From Lama glama (taxonomy: Eukaryota), in NCBI GenBank assembly GCA_028534125.1, contig CM052816.1:67210001-67274000 (forward strand): a DNA stretch of 64,000 nucleotides. Reading direction: 5' to 3'. The notes under the pieces were generated by a model. That model worked only from the letters and a program-made list of their open reading frames with translations. It ran no database searches and was not told the origin of the DNA. Numbering within the stretch: the first letter of the stretch is position 1; each line of letters opens with the position of its first letter. Positions 25,082 to 37,079 of the stretch are shown piece by piece. Both the position numbers and the translations under genes were made by a program.

Positions 25082-25256
25082 ATAAACAAGATCATATGTA
25101 TAGCACAGGGAAATACATTCAAGATCTTGTGGTAGCTCACAGTGAAAAAGAATGGGACAATGAATATATGTATGTTCATGTATAACTAAAAAATTGTGCC
25201 CTACACTGGAAATTGATATGACATTGTAAACTGACTGTAACTCAATTTTAAAAACA
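25082..25256 (+). mobile_element. Young lineage-specific L1 3' end nested in the older L1
   Basis: Variant of the 8283 and 43390 3' ends. TSD AGAATACTA at 25073-25081 and 25257-25265. Confidence 0.9.
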
Positions 25257-25366
25257 AGAATACTACACAGCAATAAAAATGAACAAACAGCTGATACACA
25301 CAACAAAATTAATGAATCTCAAAAACAGTATGCTGAGCAAAAGAAACAAGCACAGAAGAGTATGGT

Positions 25367-25469
25367 ACAGGGTACATTGTTAGGTCGGCGCTAGCATGAA
25401 ACTGAGAGTGAGTGTTTGCATAAATTCAAACCTTAGGCTCCTCATTTGCATCACCCTGGTCCCAGCCTG
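25367..25469 (-). mobile_element. MER96-like hAT-Tip100 MITE
   Basis: Non-L1 insert; its reverse complement begins CAGGCTGGGACCAGGGTGATGCAAATGAGG, like the MER96 terminus as recalled. Confidence 0.55.
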
Positions 25470-25769
25470 AAAGTACACACTGTATAGTTTCATTACGTGA
25501 ACGCTAGGACAAGCAAAACTAATCTGTAGTGCACAGAAAGTAGATCAGTGGCTGCAGATCAGTGGCTGCCTCCGGCCAAGAGTAGATGGTATTCACTGCA
25601 AAGGACTCAAGGAAACTTTTGGGAGTGATGGAAATGTTCAGTTTCTTGATTGGGGTGATGGTTAAATGGGTGTAAACATTTGTGAAAACCCATTAAACTA
25701 TACGCTTAAAAGAGGTGCATTTTTATGTTCTATAAATTACACCTCCGTAATGCTGATTTTTTTTTTCTT

Positions 25770-26013
25770 GAGGCATTGCTCATACTCTATTTTGTCTCTC
25801 TGGCCTTGCTGTGAGCTAGAGTGTGGAGGAGGTAGGGATAAGCCAGCTCCACCCATGGCAGAACAAGGAAAAAGAACCTGGACTCTAGAAGCCCAGCTCA
25901 CTTCGAGGGCGGGGCACTGGATCCCTGGAGAGAAATAAGCTCCTTTCTTGTCTGAATCACTGCACTTTTGAGACACTAGATAAAACAGCTTAGCCTGACC
26001 CACAACTAACACA
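25770..26013 (+). mobile_element. Old MaLR LTR 3' part (MLT1H/J-like)
   Basis: GAGAGAAATAAGCTCCTTTCTTGTCTGAATCACTG...ACAGCTTAGCCT...ACTAACACA. Confidence 0.55.
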
Positions 26014-28395
26014 ATTACATATAATTGAGTATTTTTATCAAGTATTTTCCTGTGTATTAGCCTTATCCATTCCAAATAGACTATAAATTCTTCATAAGGC
26101 AGACCTGGAGAAGAAAGAGTTTTACTCCCCAAACCACTCAGGATCTAAAGGCATATCAATTCCAGCCACACCCATGCTTTGCTCTGTTGCCCACAGGGCC
26201 TCATCTAATTGAACCTTGTGGTGGTGGCCAACACATTTTGGCTGGCTGACTAGTGCCTTCTCTGTCCCAGGAATAGTCAACAGTTAAGCAAACATTGGAG
26301 TCATTTCATGGCATACTGCAAAAAAAAAAAAAAAAGGAGAATTTTTAATAAGAACCAATAGCACATGTAGATAAATAAGAACACAATAAGAATATTATGA
26401 ATTCTTTAAAATGGTTAATGATAATACTGAGAAGTTCACAAAGTCCATATGATAAAATAATTAATCAATTCAACAGAAAAATGTAATTGGACTATCAAAA
26501 CACTACCTCTACACACACAAACTGATTAAATTCAACTTTTCATTCATTTTGTTGATATTGCATAAACAATAATATCCCTATGTCATTCATCCCATTAGTT
26601 TACTACAATCTAAATTGACTTACAATTTGGGAGGTTGGAAAAAATAAAGATGATACAGGTTTTTCCAAGTGGCTAGATGGTAGAAGTAGTTTTAGTGTAA
26701 TTTATTCCTCTAAAAAAGTACGATAGATGAAGGAAGAGGGTGGTGAAAATTAGTATCATAAATCAGTAACCTGCTCCTTTTTTTTCAGTGAGCACCTACT
26801 GTGTGCCAAGCTTCATACAAAATTCTAAACAAATGAAGATACGTGGGCTGAAGCTATTCTTCATAGTAGTCTCGTTAGTCCTGTGCTCAATTTATAGCAA
26901 GAGCTGTCTGTTTATTTCATTACTTTTTAAAAAATTGATGGATTGATACCTCAGGATTGAGAGACTTTTTTTTTTTTTTCCAGAAGATGCTGGTCTAAAA
27001 CCCTTTGTGGCACCTACCATCATTTCTGGGGTTTTAGATTTTTATGCATAACCTACTAAATGAGTAAAGGGATAGAATGAATTAAAAAGTCATGAAACCC
27101 CACAAGACATTTAGAATCAGCAGTGTAGTATTATTAGATGTTGTTTCATCAGAAACTCTTTTACTAGCTTTTTCTTTAACAAAATTCATTATAAAAAGCT
27201 GAGCATTTCCTATTTTAGTTCCATCAAATTTTGCTTTAAAAAATTCAAATTTTAACCAGTAGATACTTAAAATGTTTAGCTTTTAAAAAGTCAAAAATAA
27301 GCAAAACTTAAGAATTCACTGACACAAGACAGTCATTTCTATTCTTCCCTCCTACATGAATGAAATGCCTACATTACCCATTATTAGCCAACTTTGAATG
27401 GAGGAACCAAAACTGAAATACACAGCCTGTCAGTCCTTAAAATATCCTGTTGCCTTTAGTTTCATTTCTTCATTTTATCTCTTAGAACTTAAAAAAGAAA
27501 AAAAAGAAGAAAAATCTACATAGTGTTAAGTCATAGGTATTGAGAAAGACCTTTGCTTTCTTAGACATGTTCTAACCACACTCCCAGTAGTTTCCTACAA
27601 TGCCGTCCATCTATTTATAAGTGAGATGGAAACATAAGATGAAATTTCTAAATAACCACTAGCAAGGTTTCACACATGTCATCTTGAGGAAACAGAAGGA
27701 AAATACACTCTCATAAACACACGAACACACACCCCCCCTTCCTAGATTTTCTTCTGAGATTGGCTAGCATTACAACCCTGACAAAGTACCAAACTACAGG
27801 CAAGGAGATTTCCTTAGAGTCATAGACAGCTCCTCTGGAGTTCTGTAGAGAAGCCCTTATCTTCAGCATGGCTCTGTATCTTTTCTTCCTGTGCCCCTTT
27901 GGGGTAGAATACATCTTCTCTGAGCAGACACAGTGAAGAGGGAACTTCTGCCCCTGGCCACCCACTTTCACCCCTCTGCCTGCCCTTCCATACGCTATCC
28001 CTCTCCTCCAACTCCAGTGGAGGGAAATGGTGCATCTCTTCCACCTGAGTCCAGGACTTAGGTTGGACAGAGCACAGGGAGAGACTGTGCGTCAAAAGCA
28101 AGAGCCCTTGACTATTTCACCTGCCTCCAAGTGGTGGGTGTCGAGGCTGGGCTGTAGGGCTCACCTCTCCCTCACAGCCACAGCTAGTGGGCTCACCTGC
28201 TCACTCACACTCCCCCTCCATCTCATGCCACACCTGTCACTCCTCCCCTTCTGCCTCCCCTGCTTGTGAGCATGGGGCTTTCAGATTCAAGAGCAATCCA
28301 GCAGGAGGCCTCACTCAGCCCTGGAGCCAAACCTATTCCAGTACAACTTTTATAATATGAGATTATTGGGAGCTTATTAAATATTAATAAAGTGG

Positions 28396-28877
28396 TGTCT
28401 TAGCCAGGGTTCTCCAGAAAAAACAGAACTAATAGGGTATATACAGACATATACAAGAGGAGGTTTATTATAGGATTTAGCATGTGGTTATGGAAGTCAA
28501 GAAGTCCCACGATCTGCCATCTGCAATCTAGAGAACCAGGAAAGCCAGTGGTGTAATTCAGTCCCAGTCCAAAGACATGAGAATCGAGGGGCCAATAGTG
28601 TAACTCCAGGTCTGAGTCTGAGAACCAGGAGTGCGGACATCCAAGGGCAGGAGAAAATGATGTCTCAGCTCAGGAAGAGAAAGCAAACTTGCCTTTCTTC
28701 TGCCTTTTGTTTTATTCAGGACCTCAGTGAACTGGATGATGCCCACCTGCCTTGGTGAGGGCAATCTTACTGAGTCTACTGATTCAAATGCTAAAGGGCA
28801 CACCCAGAAATAATGTTTTACCAAATAACTGCATCCCCTTAGCCCAGTCAAGTTAACACATAAAATTAAGCATCACA
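28396..28877 (-). mobile_element. ERVL solo LTR (MLT2-like) with perfect 5-bp TSD
   Basis: TGTCTTAGCCAGGGTTCTCCAGA...AAAATTAAGCATCACA. TSD AGTGG at 28391-28395 and 28878-28882. Confidence 0.92.
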
Positions 28878-29049
28878 AGTGGTATTTAGTTTCTGTTTGG
28901 CTATTGTTTCTTAGTGTGTGTTCCATCAGTAGGGATCTCCCAAAACAGGAAGGGTGCTGGTTGGGATACGTCCTGAACCCCAGAGAGGCTGCGTGAACTT
29001 CCTATTCCTGTCATCCAGGATCCAATACAGTACTCAAAACAACCATATC

Positions 29050-29270
29050 TTTATGTGAACAATGCTCCATCATTCTCAAGTTTCACACACACTATCTCAT
29101 CTAAATCTCATACAGCCCTGTGCAGTTGGTACAACAGAGATTATCACCTCTGTTTATAAAAACAATGCTAAAGCTGAGAAGGATTTTTGGCTCAGACAGT
29201 GAGTTTATAGAAGAGCCAGAACCAAAAACAGAGATCTATACCTTGTCAGGACATTTTCCTCCATGAACTA
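29050..29270 (-). mobile_element. MIR fragment
   Basis: TCTCATCTAAATCTCATACAGCCCTGTG...TTATCACCTCTGTTTATAAA antisense MIR pattern. Confidence 0.6.
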
Positions 29271-30599
29271 CCATAGTCTCTCTGGGTTCACTTGCTTCTA
29301 AAGGGGATAAATTAAACTGCATTCGGGAAACATGTACAAGGGGGGATTTTGTGAATATCTGGACATAAGAGGAGTATGCACATGTGTGTCTGTATGCACA
29401 CCTATGTCAGCAAAGGACCGGAACATAAAAGGGATATACATTATTATCAGATTCAGCACAATTTTAGTGGGTCTTATGATTTTTGCAAATTATTCCAGAA
29501 CTAAACTTGTCTATCTCCCTGCATTTTGAAAATTTGTACAATAGTGAGAGCCCTCGCTTTCTGTTGACTGTTCTCAGTTTAACACAGGGACTTCTACCAG
29601 ATTTCCCCACCAGTAGGAAGTAATCATGAATACTACCATACACAGTCATGTGATGTCAAAAAGTGACATACTAGAATAGGTTACATACTTCTAAAGCAAA
29701 AACGTTTAGTCACTAGTAACATAAAAAAGTTCACTTGTTGATTTTTTTCTCTTCTCCAATACTCCTTATCTACCAAGTATTACTTTTAAACTAGAATAAT
29801 ACAATTAAACTAAAGCATGCTCAGTACCAATAAAAAAGGATGACGATAAAAAGGAGGTCATCAGACCCCCTTATCTGTGAAAGCAGACAGATCAGCCCTG
29901 GGATGGTTGGTGTAGAGATCTGCCTAACATTTCAGAACAAAAGCAAATCCCTACTGTGATAAAATAAAAATGAGTTTAGCTCAAAATCATAAACTCACTA
30001 TGGTTATTAACAGTAACAGTCTATACACAAAGTACAGCCAGACTGTAGATATGGAGCAAACAGACAGCAAAATCACAACCACATTAGACAAACTTAGCAG
30101 GTAATGGACTTTGAACCAGCTGGAGCGAAACCAAATTAACCTCATTTATTCCCATAGAGAGACTTTGTTTGCCAAGTCCCCGACGTGACAAACACTGTCA
30201 GGGATCTCCAAGACGTGCAGACCAATGTATTGACAGACTCTTCAGGTCTGGGCCGGCCTTCAGACACGGCTCTAATGCACAGGGTGTGTGCCCCATTTGC
30301 TCACGGTTGTCATTTGGCTAAAGGATCTAACCAATTTGCATATGCTGGAGTCTTAAGCCACGTTCTCATCAAACATCTGGGTCTAGAGCTAGAGTTGTGA
30401 AATGAACTCCATGTCATTTCCATGAATTATGTATCACTGCATCTTTTCATCAGTTGTAAAGTTTAGTTGCTTACAGGATGAAAAGGGCACTCTGGGTCCT
30501 GAGACATTTGCCAAACAGCTGAGGTAACCTGATTCCTCCATCTGTTACGTGGTGATACGATATTACTTATGTTACCCTGCTTGCTTTTGTTCTGAGGCT

Positions 30600-31300
30600 T
30601 AACTAGTTCATTTGTTGATTTTCCTCCCATTAAATCCTTATGGAGTACCCACTCTATGCCAGGTATGAGGGAGGCAGGAAGGGAGGGGAGAGAAGATTCA
30701 ACAATAAACACATAAATAAGCAAAGTGTATAATACATCTGTCAGCAGCCTTAAGTGAGTAGGCCTTGGGGCCCAGGCCAAAGTTCACAATAGCTTACGCC
30801 TGGTAAGAGGTAAATGTACGCATGCGCCAGTGGCGTAAATACCGTGCACGCGCCACTTATGTAAGCCTTATGAACAAAGAAAGTAAAGTTACGCATGCGC
30901 TAGCAGCATTATGTAAGCAGTATGAACAAAGAAATGAACAATGCGCACGTGCAGGCAGAATAGATAAAAGCATGACAAATGCGCCACGCAGGCGCGCGCC
31001 ACCTTATAAACTAAGAGAAAGTGCTTAGCGCTGCAGCCACTGCCACCGCCACCCCGCCATGCGCACCACCTGCTTGTACTGCAATAAAGTGCTGTTTCAC
31101 TCCATGTCGGCTCCTTGCACATTTTTCCAGTTGGGTAGCTCACCTCCTCGAATCCCTCTTCAACCCTCCTCCGCTGACAACATCAAAATGTTAAAAAGCT
31201 GTGGAAAAAATGCTGTCAGAAGGGAGAAAAGGTGACAGTGGTGATAGTGGATTTCTGTTTTAAATGGAGAGATCAGGGTAGTCCTCACTGCTAGGATGCC
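30600..31300 (-). mobile_element. L2 3' region split by an LTR insertion
   Basis: GAGTACCCACTCTATGCCAGG...AATAAACACATAAATAAG on the left continues as AAAATGTTAAAAAGCTGTGGAAAAAA...GATCAGGGTAGTCCTCACTG on the right of the insert. Confidence 0.75.
30739..31179 (+). mobile_element. Young CpG-rich solo LTR, probably class III (ERVL/ERV-S-like)
   Basis: Inverted ends TGTCAGC/GCTGACA. TSD ACATC at 30734-30738 and 31180-31184. TATAAA at 31005-31010, AATAAA at 31083-31088. 23 CpGs by hand count. Confidence 0.92.
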
Positions 31301-31980
31301 AAGAGTTGAAAATGTGTCATTGTATCTTCTCAAACGATGGAAAATACTTGGATAAGTGAAGAAAATACATTTCAGGGGGAATGAGGCAGTCCACTCTTCA
31401 TTCTGACTACCTTTTTCTAATCCTCTTATGAAATGAAGTCATAATGAATTACCTGAATGCTCATGAGTCAGTACTATATGTTATTCAGGATTAATCAAAA
31501 TTTCATCCTTAAAATTACATCCCTAACTTTCCATTAGGGGGTAATGAAAGGCACCATCATTTGAAGAGATGAGAGAATAGAAATTTGGGGCTGTGAGGGT
31601 TTAGTCCCCACTCTGCCTGTAAAGCTTTTTGTAACATTACACAAATCATTGTTTTGTTTACTTTAATGGACCTCAAAACATTTGGGAGGTGAGGTATATG
31701 AAATGAAAACCACAAGTTAGAAAGGGAAAAAAAAAACTTTTCATTGCTATTAATGGAAAAAAAACTTCTAAAAAAGAGATCTGAAGAATGAGAATGAAGT
31801 AATTTATCACATAAAGAACAAAAGATAAACCAAAACATGCAAAAGAGAGTGCACACTGTGAGGGTATGAGGAATGGCTGAAGATTAAAAAAATAGGTCAT
31901 GGAGCCAAAGTACTAAAGAGGTTAGTCATAGAGGATGAAAGAAAGAATGTAAACCAGAGCTCACTAAAGGATCAACTTGA

Positions 31981-32216
31981 AAAATTCAAAGCCAACAAAC
32001 AAACAAAATAAAACAAAAACAAACTCATAGATACAGAGAACAGATTCGTGGTTACCAGAGAGGAAGGGGGTGGGGGTAGACAAAGTGGGTGAAGGGGGTC
32101 AACTGTACGGTGATGGGCGGTAACTAGAGTTGTGGTGGTGATCACTCTGCAGTGTATACAGATGTTGAACTATCATGTTCTACAACTGAAACTTATACTT
32201 AAAAAAATAAAGAATG
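31981..32216 (+). mobile_element. L1 3' end with TSD
   Basis: AAACTCATAGATACAGAGAACAGATTCGTGGTTACCAGAG...A-rich tail. TSD AAGGATC(A/C)ACTTGA at 31967-31980 and 32217-32230. Confidence 0.88.
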
Positions 32217-32879
32217 AAGGATCCACTTGAGAATGGAAGAAATTCATGTCTGATCTAAAACTTCAAGGAAAAAGGAGGCTTTGTTATTCTAATTGTGTAG
32301 GAAAATAACTTGGTTTAGGCGAAAGTCAAGAAAGAGAATTTGAAAAGTAAATTCAGAGTGAAGAGCAAAGTTCTACAAAGTCAAAGGCAAAACCAAGAGG
32401 ACTAAAGAAATAACATCAAGATAAATTCTACAAATGGTCTATTACGTTTTCTGTATTTTCCAACTTTTCCAGAATGGTATTTAGCATTTTTATAATCAGA
32501 AAAATATATATAAATAAATATAAACACAGTCTGAACAAAAGACTATGGTGCTAGAAGGAAAAAAAAAAGCTAGAACTGAGAATCCAAATTAAGCCAATGC
32601 CCCAAGGTTGGTGGTTTGATCACCGTCTATTTCTATTAGAAACATTTTGCATAAGTAGGATGTGACTTTACAAAACGTTCAGAGTCCCCTCAGAGGGTTG
32701 CTTTAGGTGTTGTAGATATTTCTGCAGAATAAAGGACTTGTGCAGTCACAAGTGGGAGATACAATAGAGAGGATCACACAAGAAAAGAATGGGAAGCAGC
32801 ATCAAGACTAGGTCCAAAAGAGAGCTCTTACCCTAACCCTTCCAACAAGAAAGTTTCATCAATATCTTAGGTAGAAGAG

Positions 32880-33110
32880 ATTGATAGTTCACACCAGAAT
32901 GACATTTTAAATCTGTGGGGTTTTTTTTAATTTGAGCTAGAGAACTCTTCTTATTGAACCTCTTCATAGCCACAAGGTAGACAAAGAGGGTCTAGACCAA
33001 CTATGGTAGAAAAGCCTTCTCAGGGTCTCCCCCAGCCCATAAAGTGGCTCACCTGGGGCTTCTCTGAGGATTCCCTAGACTCAAGAATATATGGCTTGAA
33101 AACCACTGAC
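32880..33110. mobile_element. Probable hAT MITE remnant
   Basis: Ends TTGAAAACCACTG, a typical hAT-Charlie terminus; family not identified. Confidence 0.35.
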
Positions 33111-35317
33111 TACAACATATACTGACATATTAGAAGTTAATTTTGCTGTATGGAGGCATACTCATAAATACACATGTATATTTACATAAATATATATATT
33201 AATATATTTCATGTATAAAAATGAATTTACCTTAACTGTTCAATAAAGTTGGTATCTGTCTGATGTCCAGAGTTTACTGAGGGCTATTTGACCCTGGATG
33301 GAAGCATCCAACTTTAGAGCCACTGTCTTGATGGGAGCACTAGGCTATGAGGTCATTCTGAACTGACTGCCTAACAGTCTGGCTCCAGGAGAGTCAACTA
33401 AATGGACACCCATCCTCTATGGAAAGGTGTTTCTAGGAGCACATATTTAAGGATGGTCTGTGAAATCTGATGACCAGTTTATCTGAAAGCCTGAAAATAG
33501 CTTTCACTTTGTAAAGTTAAAGAAGGAGAAGTAAGACAAAAAAGGGCACAGTAAATCTAAAACTAGAATACACTCTTTTGCCTAAGTACACTGTACATTG
33601 ATCACTTATTGTTCTCTAGGATTTTTTTTTAATTTAACTGATTTACTTTTGCTTTTTGGCCTGGATAATTTCCATTTAGACATCTTTATCAAACAGTCCA
33701 CAGTGACATCTACATACGTGACTTTCTCTGAGTCACTGAAGTATGCAGCCCACTGATGTCTATTGAAATGACTGTAAGAAGGGTAGTTAGAGTGATAAAT
33801 CATCTACACTGGTCTCTAAAACAAATAAGCCCCAAAGTTTCAACTGTAACTCAATAGTAGTGCACAATGGAAATGAAATCATAGCCATTTATCCATTTTA
33901 TTTGACATTCTTTATGGGTTTAGGAAAATAAGAAGAGCAGATTTAGATCTGTACTTTCCATGCAGACAAGTTCAGAGAGTAAAAAATGAACTGGTTAGTG
34001 GCACTTCATGAATCAATTCTTAGAACAAATGGAAAAATCCACTCCATGTATTCACTCATTTAGGCTTATAACTAAGAACTGGGTAAGAAGCCAGACAATT
34101 CTTCAAGAGGCTCTATACAACCTAGGAGAAGTGCCTCTCAAGCACCCTGACCCTCACTTCTTCAACAGCAAACAGGGCTGTCTTCTCTCACCACCAAGTG
34201 TCTGAGATTCAGAAACAAAGGTGCACACAAGCCAGAGTTCTCCAAATATTTAAGGAACTGGAAACAGCAGAGTGAGAGTTGAGAAAAGGAGCTTATCTTT
34301 CTCTTTCTAATAAAAGCCACTCAGAAAGAAATTCCCTTTTCATTCAAATTAAAACCAGAAATGGCAATGGTTACATTTTAAAAATTGTCTCAGGTACCTA
34401 TGCAATAGAAGATCATTTTCCAATTTTCTAGGAATGACCTTCTCCAGCTGCATAAGCCCTTTGTAGTTCAGAGGCTTTTCAGGCAATGGCTGGCTCCCAT
34501 CCAACCACAGAAATGACAAAAACCCACTTTTAAGAAAGGCTACCATGATGATCCCCTCTGGAGAACTGAAAGGAAAGAGTGAAAGAGGTGTCTGCAGGGC
34601 TCCACAGAGCAGAGCTGGGTTGGCTGGAACGTATATTTCAAAGAGTTTTATGACTTCAGTTACAAAAAAAGCAGCACCAGGAGGAGTTTCTGTCTCGGTT
34701 TTGAATGAGCACTAAGAACACGCCTGGCTAGGGGTGGGGGGTGGGTAGGGGAAGGGGGTCCCACTGCGGACGAGTGTGGAGGTAAGAAAATGGAACTGAA
34801 CATTTACCTAAACAAAGTGTTATGAAGCTTGTCACATCCTGCCTCTCCTGGGGGCCTCTGAATCAGCAGGAGACAAAAGGGAAAACACCATGTCTTTATT
34901 TCTCCAGAGGAAAGAGGTATCTGATTTCTGTCTTTAAATAAGGCGTCCAAGTGAAAATAGGAAAAATGATATGTTAAGGCTCACTAAGTTTTCCTCTAAT
35001 GCCTCTTGTGTTGCCTTGAAACTTTGTAGCTCAGTTTAGACTTAACAGTAATTTTCCAAGGATTTCTCTTGAGCTTTAGTTCAAAGTAGCAACACAGTTC
35101 ATCCAGGGAGAAGAGGAGGGGTGGGGAGGAGATTAAAAAAAATCCTTACCATCTCATCTCATGAATACTGCATCGATTAAAGACTCCTCCCTAGCCAGCT
35201 TACCTCCAAGGTAGTCAGATTCCACAAGCCCTATATTGTGGCTTAAAATTAAAGGGAAAGGAACAAGGAAAATTCACCAAAACTATTTTGACACAAAGGA
35301 GTATCCTTTCAGAGTTT

Positions 35318-35770
35318 GACAAGATGCCCTCCATGACCAAATTTCAGTCAAACTCCTCTGGGCCTCCTTTTCCAAATAGGCTCCAACCTTGGGCATGTTC
35401 TCCGTAGCCCAGTTGCAGCAAGAATCCTGCTAAGTCAGTTTAGAGAGAAATCTCCACCCTCAATATGTGACCAGATTCCTCATTCTCCACCCCTGGTACC
35501 TGCTCATCCTGGCTAGCCCTCAGCAAGAATCCTGTTAAGTCAGTTTAACCAGAACCCTTCCCCTTACTCCTGATGTTGCCTCAGTAATTTTCCATCCACT
35601 AGCCCCGACCCTGCTCCTTAGCTACAAAGCCCCACTTGCCATTGCTGTATTCAGAACTGAGCCCGTCTGAGAGACCTATCCTGAGAGCTCTTTTCCCTTA
35701 TTGCAATAGTCCTGAATAAAATCTGTTTTTACCAGTTTACCTACTGTCCAGGTCTGGTTTATCCTTGGAA
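35318..35770 (+). mobile_element. ERV1 solo LTR (MER31-like)
   Basis: Starts TGACAAGATGCCCTCCATGACCAAATTTCAGTCA, has an internal repeat CAGCAAGAATCCTG(C/T)TAAGTCAGTTTA in two copies, and AATAAA near 35715. Confidence 0.8.
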
Positions 35771-36669
35771 AGCTTACGCTTTCCATGAGGCTTGTGCCAA
35801 GGAAACTTGACTGTCTTATTCATGGACAAGACTATTTATTTATTCACAGAATGGAAGGAATTTTGCTTCAACTAGATGATTTTATAGCAATCTGATACAG
35901 AATGGTTTTTATATGTTGAGAATTCACAGAACCTGATTCTGAATTCCACAGAATCAGTTCATTGTTTCAGTTCAGTTTTGAGAAGCAACCACAGGCTCCC
36001 TGCTAGTGTACTTGATAAAGGTGCTGTGAGCTGAGAGTAAACTGGTAAGAAGCCCTTAATCCCAAGAGTCTCCCAGCCTCTGTGGAAGAAATTTCTGCTC
36101 CTCAAGCCCTGATGTTTTTCTCCCTAAGAAATCTAGGCTTAGCACCCTTGTGGCTAAACCTTTCCCAATATTTAGACCTTCTAGTGGAATGCAAACCAAC
36201 CTATAGAATCCCTACATACTAGAATCATCTACAGTCCTTATTTTCAGATATGAGAACTGACACTCCCAAATATTTATACACTGCTCTCCAACACTTAGCA
36301 GTATCTTCCCAAAGAGTGATGCTCTACACGTGCAAACAAGCAGTTCCTAACAGTCAAAAACAAACAGAAAGAGTTTAATTCCAAAATATATTCAAGTAAT
36401 AGACCACTCTAATCAAAGATAATAAGCAATAAATTATTCTGCAACATAGAAGCCAAAAGAAAACCAAGTTATTTGATTAAAATCTATCTCCTGTCAATTG
36501 GTTTAAAGCCACAGCTAAAACTTCATCCTCTTTATCAAAAAGAAGAGTCTTCAAACTCTAAAAAAAGAGAGAGAGAATAACCATGGTTAGTAGGGAATTA
36601 GAGAAGACAGACTGAGGAAGTAGTCAAGAAAGCAGGTGTCAGATCCAACAAAATGACTCTCTAGAGTAA

Positions 36670-36880
36670 TAATACAGCAAAATTTACTTGAGTACCCACT
36701 ACACGGCAGGCACTGTTCTAAGATCTTTACGTGGGTTAAGTTCTTTAATCTTCACAACAACTTATTTGAGATGTCCTATTATTAACTGTATTTCAGGAAT
36801 CAGAGTTCAGAGGGATAAATAAGTTGCCAGAAGTTTCACAGCCAGCATTCTTGCCCCAGCAGATTAACTGTACTCTTTAC
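36670..36880 (-). mobile_element. MIR
   Basis: ATTTACTTGAGTACCCACTACACGGCAGGCACTGTTCTAAG...TTTAATCTTCACAACAAC. Confidence 0.8.
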
Positions 36881-37079
36881 TGTTGTATTACACTCAGTTA
36901 CAAAGGAACCTGCAGATATGACAACTAAGACACTAATCTTGGGGGTGAGGGAACACACAGGGTAAAGGTCAAAAGGCTTGAAAAATTCAAAGGTTCTTAT
37001 TTTCAAAAACAGACAAAAGAAAATTATGAAAATAATATGGGCATCACTGGCATCAAACCTCAGGAAATGCGTTCCTTAA

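Larger units (their letters stand above)
20580..25755 (+). mobile_element. Long decayed L1 (L1MB/L1MC-like) ORF2 and 3' UTR, interrupted by five younger insertions
   Basis: Continuous L1 ORF2-like sequence. ORFs 23824-24039 (MYTENYKILLREIKD) and 24124-24369 ([15 protein letters not shown]) are recognisable ORF2p remnants. The 3' UTR ends near 25750. Confidence 0.9.

Noticed and set aside
30817..30934. Repeat-spacer-repeat pattern superficially like a CRISPR array
   Set aside because: Only two imperfect copies inside a mammalian LTR; no cas genes or prokaryotic context.
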